From: Fimbriosthenelais zetlandica
Taxonomy: Eukaryota
Reading direction: 5' to 3'
DNA: 64,000 nt
NCBI GenBank assembly: GCA_977030845.1
Contig: OZ365118.1
Coordinates: forward strand, 2,790,001 to 2,854,000
Shown: in pieces, positions 1 through 11,991 of the stretch
How the letters are laid out: each line of letters opens with the position of its first letter
Numbering within the stretch: the stretch's first letter is position 1
Position numbers and translations under genes: made by a program
Notes under the pieces: model-generated
Database searches by the model: none
Told to the model about the DNA's origin: nothing
Seen by the model: only the letters and a program-made list of their open reading frames with translations

Positions 1-20
1 CTCTGAAAACAAAGCAATAT
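1..20 (-). other. Candidate 3' splice site; exon would continue off the left edge
   Basis: Minus strand reads atattgctttgttttcag|AG (AG at 4-3), a T-rich acceptor. Confidence 0.2.
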
Positions 21-2051
21 CCATCCTCTATGGCATTATGTTTATTGCACACACATAATCATATCCACGGGATTAGATTAAGTACATAAGTGATGCCTAG
101 AGGCACCTCCCTGCCCTCTACCCACTACCGCCTCCATCCTTACTACAATGGCCTCATATGACAAGATCGTAACAGGATCAAATCTGATACATGGCTTTTT
201 GGGTTTTTCCTTGTTATTTGAGAATATTTCCAATTATATTATTAGTCTTGCTTATTCTCAAATGGTTATTTGCTGAAAGCTTTGTGTGGACATGATAAAT
301 TTCAGCCATAAGAAATATCCACTCCAGATTACATTGTAGGCACAGTCTCAAAAGGATGAGTGCACAACACACTAATATAATGATCCGCAAATAAGGAATG
401 CAATTGGAGATGGAAGTTTAGGGGCCGCCTTTTTGTCTCCTGGTTTACGAGAAGGTTTTCAGATTTGGCTAATTGTCCATTAGTCTTTATCAAGCCACCT
501 TCCCACAGAGAGAAGTTAATTTTCACCATTTGCATTTTTAGGAGCCCACTGCAAGGGCCTGATCCTATTAGGCTGAAAATATCTGCATATAAATTGATTT
601 AGACGGTTATGAATTCAGACACATTGAGACGGGAAGGCGGCAGCAACTGCGGTCAGGGAATTTGTGTACTTGTGTGTCTGATAAACTGATCAGACGGAAA
701 TAGCCATAGGCACCTTTGTCCCATGCCACTGAGGTCAAAGGAGGAATATATTATATTAAGGGTACCGGTGCCTACTCCTCAGGCCTATCCTTACTTGGGT
801 TTTAAGATGACTAGAGAGATAGTCGCATTCATGTAATATGAAAATTGAGTCAATCCTGAAGATAGTAGTTCTTCTAATGCATAAGAGGGTTCAATGAACC
901 TATATTTTAGTGTATGTATCCTGTTCACTAAGTGACAATGCTTAATGTGTCTGTGAAAGAACCAACATGTATCTATGAGAAAACATGGAGATCCAGTGCC
1001 GTAAGAACAGGTGGAATTTTCTTTACGACGCATATTCGCAGCAGAGATGCGCTAAAATATAAGTAACACAAAAATAAGCAGCCTCACAATGGGCGATATA
1101 TGGGGACATGTTCATTAGCTAGCTCCGTAATGAATGGAGAAGGCGATTCAGCCTAATCACAGGGCCATCTTTACGTGGGACTAAGTCACATAAAGTTTGT
1201 CCTAGACTGAAATGGATCCCTACATTGACTACACTTAAATCTATAACTCTCCTCGGTGCACTGAAGCTTTGTGGGCTTTCAAACTTAACGCTGACCAGAG
1301 ACATTTAAACTGATACATGTTGATGTTGGTATTCACGTCAGGTATTAATGATTCTATGTATTAAACATGGCTGTATGGAGTGGGCACCAACACCCTCACA
1401 TGTTCTATCCTGATGGGCTAAAGCTCACATTTTTGGAAATAGATTAGTTTGAACCTATAGACCCCGGATTCTACTCCCTATATAGCTCTTCTCGGACATG
1501 ATTTGCATAGAGGATTTAGCTGCAATAATAAGACTCCTTGTTGCATACTTCATGCCACCCAGCAATCTGCCCCCAAACCAGGGATCGATATCTTTGTTCT
1601 GTGAAAATTTCAACTTGAAATTACTGAAGTTTTCTCTAACTGAACAGTTTTCTTAAGATCAATTTGTGTCACCCCCATTATTCCTATACATGTATGTCAC
1701 ATGCTATTGTTCATAGCCATTTTGTTATGTATTGAAGACATACAAGGATCCCTGCACCCGTCCATATTCACCAACACCCCTTCATCAACATGGAAATCAA
1801 TGTTTATGAATACCAATCTCTTAAGCTCCATTCACTTGCCAATCATGAGTAGAGAGCTCCTTGTCGTTAGAAGGTAGGACTAATAGCTGCTATAATTGCC
1901 TTGTTTTTCCATAATAGCCATGGTGTAGTATGCAATTTGGCAGCTAAATTAAAGCCCATATTGACATAATGCCATTCATTAAAAGATGATTCCCTCTTAC
2001 AAGGTAACACACTTAAATTCCATGGGTGCTTCTATCAACAGTCAAACTTAC

Positions 2052-2166
2052 CCGGATATTGATCACGAGTACGTCACGTGATAGTTGAGTTTGATGAAGG
2101 TAAGAGCTAGATGGATCACATCAGACTCAAGGTCTAGATGGCATTTCCATCATAAAGTCACTTCAC
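2052..2166 (-). other. Candidate non-coding (UTR/lncRNA) exon
   Basis: Acceptor tttttcttatgtag (AG 2168-2167) and donor CGG|gtaagt (2051-2046); all three frames contain stops. Confidence 0.35.
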
Positions 2167-2280
2167 CTACATAAGAAAAACCAGCTTTAGACCTGTCTGC
2201 CTATAAGCTATCCATCGCTGCTATATTTTTCCCCTTATATTCCTATTGGCAAGTAGCAGGAGCAGGATAGAGCAGCTCAC

Positions 2281-2365
2281 CAGCCATGATGAGCTCAGAT
2301 GATCACAGGGCAGGAGCAGTTCGGGGATTTATTTTTATGGAAGGTTTTAATGAGCGCTACTTAAT
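2281..2365 (-). other. Candidate exon ending in ATG GCT G
   Basis: Acceptor ctttgtcacag (2367-2366), donor CTG|gtgagc (2280-2275), ATG at 2287-2285. Confidence 0.2.
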
Positions 2366-2829
2366 CTGTGACAAAGCACTTTAATAGCCTCTCCCTTCAA
2401 ATTGCGGGCAAGGAAAATGGACCACAAAAATGAAGGGAATTTGGATAATAGACTGGATGGGCGCGGTTATTAAACGAAGGCCTCGTAATATCCGGCTTTA
2501 TATGGATGGGAGGTGTCGCTACGCAGGCCAATGGGGATTTATTTCTCGTGAATCCTCCAAATAGATAATGTAAATTATGGCTGAGATTATTGGCAATGGA
2601 GTGTACTTTAATCATGAAATGTCAATGATATGCAATAATGTCACACAGCATTATAGGCAGCATCCATATAGCGATCTCAGAACTACTATAATGAAAATTG
2701 ATGCGGAAAATTTTTGGTCCAAAATGCTGATGAATCTGTAAATGTAGTGGACAAAGCCCGAGTTTTGACTTTCGTTTATTGCTGACTGATAAAGCCAGGA
2801 AAAGCAAGTTTAATACCAAGTGGAAGGCA

Positions 2830-3030
2830 TCGACACCCTGAGAACGGAACCGGGTGCTCGCTCTCTTTCCTGTCTGCCTCCACCATAAATACGCCCGCGT
2901 CAGATTAGTTCACCTCGTAATTGATAGGTGTCACCCTGCTGACAGGAAGGACTAATGTCACAAATACCCCGCGCATGCGCCGCCCAAACCATCAACGGCA
3001 AATTTCCCCCTTTTCCTGGTGGCCGCGATT
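2830..3030. promoter_or_regulatory. CpG-rich promoter-like element with NRF1 site and GC box
   Basis: Perfect NRF1 palindrome GCGCATGCGC at 2971-2980 followed by CCGCCC; many CpGs in an otherwise CpG-poor background. Confidence 0.55.
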
Positions 3031-3887
3031 TATCATGAACCAATGCAAAACCATTCCATGAAAGGTTAGGTTATAGGAAATAAAAATAAAAAGTAATATC
3101 TTTCTTCTGGTGGTAAGATGAAAAAACTGGAGGACTCTTGTGTGATTTTTGGTTGCTTTGTGAAGTCTCGCACCACTATGGGAGCAGGCTGTGATAATCT
3201 CGTGTAAGATATGTTATTATAAGTGGCAGACTGCCAACCCTGTCCAGACAAAGAAGCAACTGCATTCTTTGATCTTCTCAACTTCTTGCAGACTTCCATT
3301 TGTAGCAAAGGGCCGGAATCTAAGATAAACTCTGTTCTTATAAGATGTGAAATGACCCGGGTCAGGGCCAGGATTCATAAGGCAACTCGGGCTGATGGAA
3401 TTCTGCTGTTTGTGAAGGAAAAAAAGACTGGGAAACTAGAAATAAAGCGAGAAAGTTTATAACATCCACCGAACTTAACTTAACCTTAACTTTCAGTGCT
3501 CTTATATCCAAAATTATTACTACTAATAACTAATTACTACTTATATCAAAACTATATATATACTTCTCTTGAAAATATGTTCAGAATCAGGACTTCTATA
3601 ATCACAAACTATATATTTCATTGGTTTAATTCGTTTTAGATTGGTCTATATCTTGGTCTAGGTTCTACTTGTCATGTAAGTCACATGGGCAGGCGGTGTT
3701 ATGAATATACTGTAAATATGATATAGGAGAGTTGATAGCAGGCAGTCGTCTACCATTAGTGTACGTGAGTGGTACATAGAGTCAGTGAAGTAGACTCATT
3801 GAGTGGCCATCAATCAGTGGTCTAACTCATACATCATCTACCCACACATCCACTGCTATGTATCGCTTATATACGCCTTACCAGACC

Positions 3888-3970
3888 CACCCAGCCTCCA
3901 GCCTCCCCCCCCCCCCCACCCCACCCAGCCTCCCCCCCCCCCCCCCCACCCAGCCTCCCCCCACCCCCCC
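3888..3970. repeat. C-rich low-complexity repeat (ccacccagcct + poly-C, about 3 copies)
   Basis: Directly visible; the G-rich minus strand is G4-prone. Confidence 0.9.
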
Positions 3971-4469
3971 GACATCTGTCAAATGGTCACAACAGTTTGA
4001 CCTGCGATCTTGACATCCCTGCCAGACAGGGTGTATTGTATTGCAATGAGGAGATAAGCTCCCTTTCTCTAACTGTTCTATGAAGGATATGTGAGGTAAC
4101 TTCTGAGAGACCATTGTCCCTCGCTACCAGAACAACACCCAAGACTAGATTCATCAACTGGTCGTTTTTTCGCTCTCCCCGTCCATCCTTCCTTGTTGTC
4201 AATAATAGATTCGCTACGTGCAACGCTAAGACACAAGACAGGAGAGAGAGCACACTCATCTCCTGAGATATATTGAACCATGAATAATGAAAGCTAAACG
4301 ATCTAAATCACAGACTCATGTTGGTATTGACACAATTGCCTCAAGTTCATGAAGCCAATTGATTTGATTTGGAAGCGAATTTCATTGACTTTTTTTTCGA
4401 GGCCATGCTTTTCGTCCATCAAAGTTGGAATCAAAGATTAGCCCTAGTTCCTTTTCCCCCCTGCAGGGG

Positions 4470-4775
4470 GCCTTAGTGGGCGACCCCGGAAGTAGTTTCA
4501 TCCCGGATGGATAACGGTGGTCGTCTCAAGGGGGCGCTCTGATTGATTGCTGCTAGGATTAGCTGTTGCCGATCACGTGGTTCGAATTCGGCGCACGCGC
4601 ACTCTCCTTCAGTCGCCCCTCGCCTTCCCTACACATGTATATAGCAAATTGAAGGGCCTTTCTCACCTCAAATCTCTGCTCCGCAATAAGAAAATCAACA
4701 AACTCGCCACGGCTCGTCCATTGGTATAGATCCGAAGCTTTTATAAAAACCTGATTCATTGGATTGAAAGTGAGT
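4470..4775. promoter_or_regulatory. CpG-island-like promoter: ETS, E-box, NRF1-like, CCAAT and TATA motifs
   Basis: CCGGAAGT 4486-4493, CACGTG 4574-4579, GCGCACGCGCA 4591-4601, ATTGG 4720-4724 and 4758-4762, CTTTTATAAAA 4738-4748. Confidence 0.6.
4667..4715 (-). other. Candidate short first exon of a leftward transcript (5' end approximate)
   Basis: Minus-strand CCAAT then TATAAAAG (4745-4738), about 30 nt to an inferred TSS, then donor GAG|gtgaga (4666-4661). Confidence 0.3.
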
Positions 4776-4989
4776 GAGCTAGTTACTGCACTTTACAATG
4801 TCGCTTTAAGGGAAGAATTCTCATTTCTTCCTGAATAAAAGATAAGCTTACAGAAATGATTCCCAATAAATTTGCTCCCCATTGAAAATTCTCCCCATAA
4901 AGGAGCCGAGTAAAAATATTGAAAGGAGAGAAAAGTATTTTCCATGATCTTTTTCGGCACGCCCAGCGATTTAAGACCTATTCAAAGTG

Positions 4990-5460
4990 TGAATCGGCCA
5001 ATGAGTTAGTGCAAAAAGCCGGCGTGACCGAGCCATTCTTCATATCAAACATAATCTATCGCTCCTTGGCAGGAGCATATTATTTTTCAGCTATTTGTGA
5101 TTTCTCTCGCGCGTCGTGGCTTAGATTTTATGTGCATGTTATATGAGAGAGTTTGTGCTTCTTGATTCCCTCACGCATCCAGCATTACCAGATCCCAGTG
5201 AGGCAGGCCCACCATTGCCAGCCCCCTTATCTGGATTATGTATGCTTTTGTGACCGCATGTCAAGCAGCCCTCTTTCTCTTTTCTCCCTCTCACCAATCT
5301 TGGCGTGTCGAGTGACTAGGAATGTGGGACTGATTTACTATTAATTTTCCAATCATGTGTGCTGCGGCTCGTAGACTGCGGTTCGCAGATTAATACGGCT
5401 ACCGTTCTTACCAGCTTACCGCTTGCCATATCTAATTAATTGCTGCTACGCTGAGGGGAT
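4990..5460. promoter_or_regulatory. CpG-rich segment containing a minus-strand ATG GCA AGC G|gtaagc start-exon candidate
   Basis: Dense CpGs (for example tctctcgcgcgtcg at about 5103); ATG at 5429-5427, donor at 5419-5414, second donor gtaaga 8 nt further on. Confidence 0.3.
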
Positions 5461-5937
5461 TTGGGTCAAAATCGGCGGTGAGGTTTTGGCAAAAGTGTCA
5501 GATTTGCAATGCATTTAGCGGATCAGTGGGGATGCGTGTGTCTTGCCTACTCAGGTAGGCAATACAATATCGTAGAATCTCGATCGAGAGTTGAATGGTG
5601 AGTGGGCGGGGAAGTGGACAGGGAATTTCACAAGTAGGATGCACTTGGTAAATCCAATGCATTTTACCCAAAAAATGCTTCCCAGGGGAAAATGGCAAGA
5701 GAAACTTAAGAAAAAGATGCACGTCTTTCTACAATCATACATCTAAACCCTAATTGCCTGCTCTTTCCGGAGCTTGTATCTTAAGCCTATTATAGATGGG
5801 AGTGGGCAGGATGGATGAGCGGAATGTCAGCTGGGTGACTAGAAGGGTTAGGGGATCACTCATTATCTGAACCCCAATTAAGACTGGCGACATGTCCACT
5901 GCCAGCAGGGGACAAAAGCACCAGGCTGAACATCACC

Positions 5938-6033
5938 TGGGCGTGGTTAATGACCGGAAGGGGCGTGGCTAAGTCTGGCCATACGTCACTCAGGATCTAA
6001 ATACATTTTGATATGTATAGGTCCAGGGTGAGG
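5938..6033 (+). promoter_or_regulatory. KLF/SP + ETS + CRE-half motif cluster followed by a plus-strand donor
   Basis: gggcgtggtt, accggaag, ggggcgtggct and tacgtcac within about 55 bp; AGG|gtgagg near 6027. Confidence 0.35.
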
Positions 6034-6301
6034 GCCTGTCAGGGGGGTACAGTAATGAGGGAATTGCCAATAGTAGTGAGGGATGTATATGGGGTTAGAT
6101 GGCTTCCAGGAATCAGGGATATGGAAGTGGAACCTTTCTAAAGCCATCCTCTGAAATACATATTTCAGTTTTGCTCACTAACCTCTGGTGAAGTTTACTG
6201 ATAGCTTGTGCTGTCAGATTTTAAGTCAGGTGACACTTAGGGCGTTGAACTCACGTCATTGTGATTAACTTTACTGACCTTCTGCTCATTAACACAAGGA
6301 A

Positions 6302-6311
6302 GTCACGTGAC
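6302..6311. promoter_or_regulatory. Perfect CLEAR/USF-type E-box GTCACGTGAC
   Basis: Exact 10-bp palindrome; a near copy GTCACGTGAT lies at 2073-2082. Confidence 0.35.
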
Positions 6312-6620
6312 AGATTCAAGCTGCAGTATTCTGACAGGGTCACATTCAGGCCATTCATCTCACAGGCTTTCACCCAACCACGTCTGATGATCCACTACAT
6401 TTTTATGTTTTTTTAAAATTTGGATTTGACTGATGCAGTGGTTGAGAATATGTGACATTACACATAAGTTGCTAGGCTGACTTGTATACCCTCTGTCTGA
6501 CAAAAATGTACCCAGCGTCGACCGGAACGAAGGAAGGCGGGATTAGTGAAGAACAGTTGGGGACCATGTCTGGTTTTAATACAGTTTAATGTCTAATATT
6601 AAAGTTCCCGGAAAATCAGG

Positions 6621-6800
6621 CTTTCTCTCTATCTCCCTCTCCATCTCCACCCCCTCTCTCCTCTCCCTCTTCTTCTCCTCTCTCTCTATCTCTCTATCTC
6701 TCTCTCCCTTCTCTCCTCTCTCACTCTCTTTAAGTCTCCTCTCTTTCTCTCTCTACCTCTCTCTCTCTCTCCCTCTCTCTCCTTCTCAGACCTTTTCTCA
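6621..6800. repeat. (CT)n-rich polypyrimidine tract
   Basis: Directly visible. Confidence 0.95.
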
Positions 6801-7826
6801 GATGGACACTGAGATCTGTGGCTGTGGGTGAGGGGAATGAGTCGCTCATCTCTTACAGTGAGCAGCTCCTGTGATGTCAGTGAGCATCTGATATGGCTGC
6901 AATAGAACATAGAGGAGAGCTGATAAGAGGTCTCTACTTCCCCCTTCCTCCCTCCTCCTTACAGATATAGACATCTGAATAAATTGAATACAGACCCAGC
7001 ATGGCAGAGAAAAAAAGGGAATCTCATTCAAACCAGGCTGGGCGCCTTTGATGTGTGTGTAGGTATTGTGGTGCGACGATTCACAGCGGCATTGGGTGAC
7101 ATTGGGAGCGATGACCACTAAACTGATGTTGGGTGGGGCTGGGTGGCCGACCCTCGACTCGATACCCGACCAAGGTCACTTATATGATACAACATGAAGG
7201 CATGACTCGATGAAAGAACAAGAAATAAACGCTTCCGCCTTTGATAAAAAAAATACCTTCTCCTATCTCTGTGTGGGTCTGAAGATTCTGAATCATACAC
7301 AAAACACTGGTTGGCGCTCAAGGCCGGTCTGACAATGTAAGGCTTTCAAATGTTTTTCTCTTCTGTAACTGTCAGGGGTGACTTCTTCACTTGTCAGGCT
7401 CTCGCTATCCCCGCTCTCAGTATAAAGGTGTGGTGGCTCTCTCATGGTGAACAATAGGTCCAGGTTTGTCCATTCACCATATTCTCTCATATGCTTTGCT
7501 ATATGAATGTACAGTTCGTTTTTGACGACCTCATGATAAAATATCTCAAATATTCAGTCCGAGTATAACCTTTCGCTTAGTTTTCCATACTTCAATGACG
7601 TTTAAAATCTCAGGGGCATTCATATGGGCCTCTCTCTTCTCTTCTTCATTTCCCTTTCTCTTGACTTTCCCCTTTCATTTCCCTCTTCCTATACTTCTCT
7701 TCCCCGTTGATATCCATTGCCTCAGCCGTTACACCAGCCTATAGAATGTATCCCCACCAAGACCAGTGCTGACTCTCCTCTACTTACAATATTTTAACTG
7801 TCTCTATTATCTGTGGTTATTTGCAG

Positions 7827-7926
7827 GGATATAGCCAGCGTAAACTCTGACCTTTTGCTCATCGTCCAACGAGAGGGACAGCGCAGTTACTCAACCTGCA
7901 GAAAACTAGTTCCGCTCCTGCCAAAG
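7827..7926 (+). CDS. Candidate internal coding exon (DIASVNSDLLLIVQREGQRSYSTCRKLVPLLPK), product unknown
   Basis: Acceptor tgtggttatttgcag, donor AAG|gtaatc, one open frame; no recognised homology. Confidence 0.22.
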
Positions 7927-9153
7927 GTAATCAATTTTTGTGCTTGCACACCCCTGAAGTGCCTGGCCCGTCAGTGGACGGGACTATAGCCATATGTCTT
8001 TTGTGCCAACTGATCCTTTCTTATCCTACCCTTCCCATCTCTACACACTGATCCTTTTATCTCTTTACTGTTAAGTTTAATCTCTTAATATTATTTATAA
8101 GATAATACTTTACAACTAACAGCAAAGCAACTCAAAGCAACCACTCAACTGGAAATTTTATTTTGCAAAATGTTATGTTATGTCATTCCATTGAGGCATT
8201 GCTTTTCAACTGAATGCATCAATGGAATTTCAAATCACAAGAAAGGATACGGTAGGGCGTGATATGAATTAATTCTTTCTCTACTGAGAACATATATAAG
8301 ACACTTAGAAACATGAATATATTCAAGTGATATGAAATAATAACTGATTATTCTCTTGGTCATTAAGTTGTCCGGAGTTCCCATCAACAAAAAAGGCAAT
8401 TAATCTGTGGAGCTGGTGTTTTTTGTCCTTCTGTATGAAGGAAGGCTCTCTATGTAGAAGTCATTACATTCACATCAATTCATCCCTCCAGAAGCTCCTG
8501 TGTTCTCAGCAAAAATACCCGACACATCATGCCAACCTGATTCTGGCAACCTGAACACTTTCAGTTGCAAATAAATAGATTGCATGATGAATATGGCTCA
8601 GTAGTTGTAGTGTATTGCATGTGTGAGACATGAGAGAGGTGTACCACACATAGTATTGTCAGCCCCAGGTCCTCATCTAATTGCTTTTACCTTACAAGAT
8701 GGAATTGAGTTTCAAAGAAATTCTCCATTTCAAAGAGCCCCGTCTCTTAGTTATAATATATATTGAATGGATTCATGAATAATGCCTTCTGATGAAGGTA
8801 CACATGATGAAAGGCTTATTAGCTGAGGGATTTTAGCTTACCTTTCAAAGAAATCTGCCATGGCTATATGAGAGTCTTATAGGTGGATGGGTTAGCAATG
8901 TCACTGGGGGAAAGCAGGGATTAGGGACTGGGAGGCAAATGACCAAATTTGGCATTAACGAATTTGAGGCTAATTCCTAGTGATATATAAATAAATATTC
9001 GATATTCAATGAACAGAGCTTTATTCCAATTGCCCCCACAAAAGCTTAATGGTTGGAAGATTTTAAGCACCCCTATATAGGAATGCTTAACAAAATCAGT
9101 GAGCTTTATATTGGTTTTATATAAGAGAATAGCATCAAATACTGGAATCACAG

Positions 9154-9232
9154 ACATTTGAGACTGACCAGGGAGCTAGAGGAAGAATATAAAGCCTTAA
9201 CTTTAAGGCTACAAATTACTCTGTCAGACCAG
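9154..9232 (+). CDS. Candidate coding exon (HLRLTRELEEEYKALTLRLQITLSDQ), coiled-coil-like
   Basis: Strong donor CAG|gtgagg; weak acceptor aatcacag; open frame. Confidence 0.15.
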
Positions 9233-9830
9233 GTGAGGGATGGGTGGGGAGGAGTGGTGGGAGCGGACTGGCCTATGTTTCCCCCCCCCCCCCTCACTCC
9301 CATCAAGGCTACAGGTATAGGCCTGCAGGGTGCAGCCAATGTCTACTAATCCAGCCTGTGATTTGCTATGATAGATCCTATGATTAGCGTCAAGTAGCTG
9401 AGTGCATACCTGGGTAAAAAGGACCACGGAGGTCTGTCATGTGACTGGGCTTACACACTCCCCCCCTTCCCCTGGCAACCCTTCCCAGGCTGATGAATGC
9501 CTTGCCAGGCTGGTCATGGCATGTACATCGTCCTGGGAAGCTTCTAACAATGCCTCCCCCTGCCTGCCACTGTCTTTGTCAAGTGGAGGGATGGGAGGTT
9601 TGCTTGAGAAAATATCACTCTAAGATGTGATCGGTTTGTCCCAAGGTTCCTTTTCTGCAGTGGTCCAACCTCGTTGGTGGGGTGGGGGTTGGGAGTAGGC
9701 CTATAGGACAGAAGTGATGTGGGCGGAGTTGAGACAAATCATTAAAGAGTTAACATTTTCTTTATAAGATGCAAATTAAATGCAATTAAATTCCTTTTGA
9801 TGATTCCACATATATCTAAATGATGTAATT

Positions 9831-9910
9831 ATGCGCCTGCAATAACGGTCCTTTGCAATATACTACTCACATGTGCCTGCAATAACGGTCCTTTGCAATA
9901 TACTACTTAC
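9831..9910. repeat. 40-bp tandem duplication
   Basis: atgcgcctgcaataacggtcctttgcaatatactactcac occurs twice with 2 mismatches. Confidence 0.95.
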
Positions 9911-9914
9911 TTCG

Positions 9915-10900
9915 CTTACTCCCAGGTCTCGTGAACTGCCATTAAAATACCATATATATGAAGCCTCGTATATTAGACTATATTCTGCTATAGTTGTTCT
10001 TTCTGCTGCTCATTACTGTATGCTGAAGGATTCTGCTTCTCTCGGCAAGTTTCAGTGGAGCAGTGTAAACATGAAAGTCGTCCTTCCTCCCCCATGGGTG
10101 ATATCCCTGCTTATCCCAGCCATAGATCAACCCGCCCAGAATATCTCACCACGCCAGATTTGTCTGGGGATTGTCCCCAGATTCTTAGCTTACTTGGTTA
10201 TCAACTCCCAGATTATCCAAACATTAATGCGTCAAGAACATATGGCTGAAAAAATGAGGATAGTGATAACTTTCCCATTGCACTCTCTATCCCCTTCATC
10301 ATATATTAACTAAGAATCTTATCTGTCTTTAGGGATAGTATTATCCATCAATGTGCGTATTTTTCCTCCCCCTTCCTCAATGTTCCGGGCTTTTTTCATT
10401 ACTTGTAATAAATATTCCCCCAGTGAAACCACTTAAATATTAGAGGCTTGAGGGAAATGGCCAGTAACAAATTGAATCCTTTACCGGACTGGAGACGGGT
10501 TGTCTATAGCCAGTAAAGAGCGATGGAGCAGGCCCCAATGTGCTTAATAGAATAAGGTTGAGCTATATATTCTAGCCCACCACTAGGTATAGTACAATTA
10601 TTCATGATTTCTATTCTCCTCTACTGAGAAGGCCTGTGGTGGAGATGGGCCCGGGTTATTCCCTCCCGCGAGGATGCCACTAATTCTGCCTCTACCCAGA
10701 TTGCCTTGCTTAGATCATTGCCACCGGAGTTGAATTTTCTCCCAGATTTCTCAATCACCATAACAATTTCATATTGAACCGGAAGCCAGGGAAACCCAGT
10801 ATTTTCACTCTTCCCGAAAAAACATTAATAAGTTCCCATATGAGCTGCTCCTCCCAATTGGCATGATTCTCAAATTATCTGAAAGAGATTGTAGACCCCC
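9915..10900 (-). mobile_element. Decayed L1-clade LINE, 3' part of ORF2
   Basis: Stop-riddled minus translations (SKAIWVEAE; GTIPRQIWRGEIFW; TLLH.NLP...AAERTTIA) resemble, by eye, the WV.IE, GT..HIWW.C...FW and LLH...AA..IA..W motifs of the vertebrate L1 C-terminus, in the expected order. Confidence 0.45.
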
Positions 10901-11248
10901 CCAAAAATTGTCGAAAAAATGCCCCACTCTTTTTCAAGATCATTCCTGTTTGATTCCTTGTTCATAAAACCTGAAAAAATGTTTAGCTGAAAGAAAAGCC
11001 TGATGGATAAAATATTAGTAAAACTATCTCAGGTCTGCTTTCCAATCTCATGCCCAGGGGATGCTTATTAAGAACAGAATAGTCATTGAGACCTGCTGGC
11101 AAAGTTGATCACCACAATAGTGTAGTCAAAGCGTGTCCCAGCCATCCAAGACTATGAGATGCTTCTCTCTTCTTTTTTTTGTGTTGATGGGATGTAAGCA
11201 ACATGCTATCTTTGATGTTATGGTCTGTCCAACATATCATTGGGCTTC

Positions 11249-11414
11249 TTAGGGCTGCCCTCCACTTCTGCGATTTTACTTGCAACAGGCGATGCTTGTG
11301 TCGCAATAAAATTGACAAATTGTGGTCGGAGCCCTTAAGGTCAACCTCCACTGGTACATTTTTCATCGTGACATAATCATCACTTATTGCTGCAAGCTGA
11401 ATTGCAGCCTTTAG
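11249..11414 (+). mobile_element. MITE family 1, copy A
   Basis: ttagggctgccctccacttctgcgatttt... with internal ccTTAAggtcaacctccactgg; aligns by eye to the copies at 47.4 and 51.1 kb. Confidence 0.8.
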
Positions 11415-11639
11415 CATTGTAGCGGTATTCTCATTGAGTAGAATCATGTAGTTGGTGCAGCCTGTCTCTCCATGCCGCCAGCAGTATAAGTGATAGCCCG
11501 CACCTTTCACCAGTCCCCACTCCATGCTTATTTACACCATCCTCCCTCATAAACTCAATCTGAGTGGATGGAAATTTATTCCCGTGATGATACTAATCAC
11601 GAGCACGAGTTTCACTGGTGAGAGTTAGTAGCTGAGCTA

Positions 11640-11700
11640 AATCAGCCAATCAGGCAATCAAATCTGATAAAAAGGCGCGCGTCCGTATAAATGCTGCAGT
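11640..11700 (+). promoter_or_regulatory. CCAAT box + CpG run + TATA motif
   Basis: cagCCAATcag 11646-11650, ggcgcgcg, TATAAA 11686-11691. Confidence 0.22.
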
Positions 11701-11869
11701 CAATAATGTCATTATGACCAAGCTTTACCACATATCCTTATCTACACCATGCCGTCATGAATATCATACTGAGATGGGCGTGCAGACAGCATATATGTAT
11801 GACTTTTTGTTATGTATTATGTGTAAAGAGCCATGGATAATCCCTAACAATATTGTATCACCATAACCA

Positions 11870-11991
11870 AAGTGATACTTGTGTCGCAATCAAATTTGTG
11901 AATTATGGTCATGCTGCATTGGTGCATTTTTCATTGCAACACATTGTCGCAGAAGTGTTGCACGCGAAATCGCAGCAGTGGAATATATTAA
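11870..11991 (+). mobile_element. MITE family 1, copy B (internally deleted)
   Basis: cttgtgtcgcaat...ggtgcatttttcattgcaac...aaatcgcagcagtgg; the central TTAA segment is missing. Confidence 0.75.

Noticed and set aside
2810-2886. Minus-strand MVEADR..., identical to the RBMX N-terminus
   Set aside because: Diverges immediately (KESEHP rather than PGKLFIGGL); no RRM follows.
8592-8650. tRNA-derived SINE head (tggctcagtag)
   Set aside because: A-box-like only; no B-box and no second copy seen.
9873-10313. 146-aa plus-strand ORF
   Set aside because: Begins in a 40-bp duplication and lies antisense to an L1 remnant; no recognisable domain.
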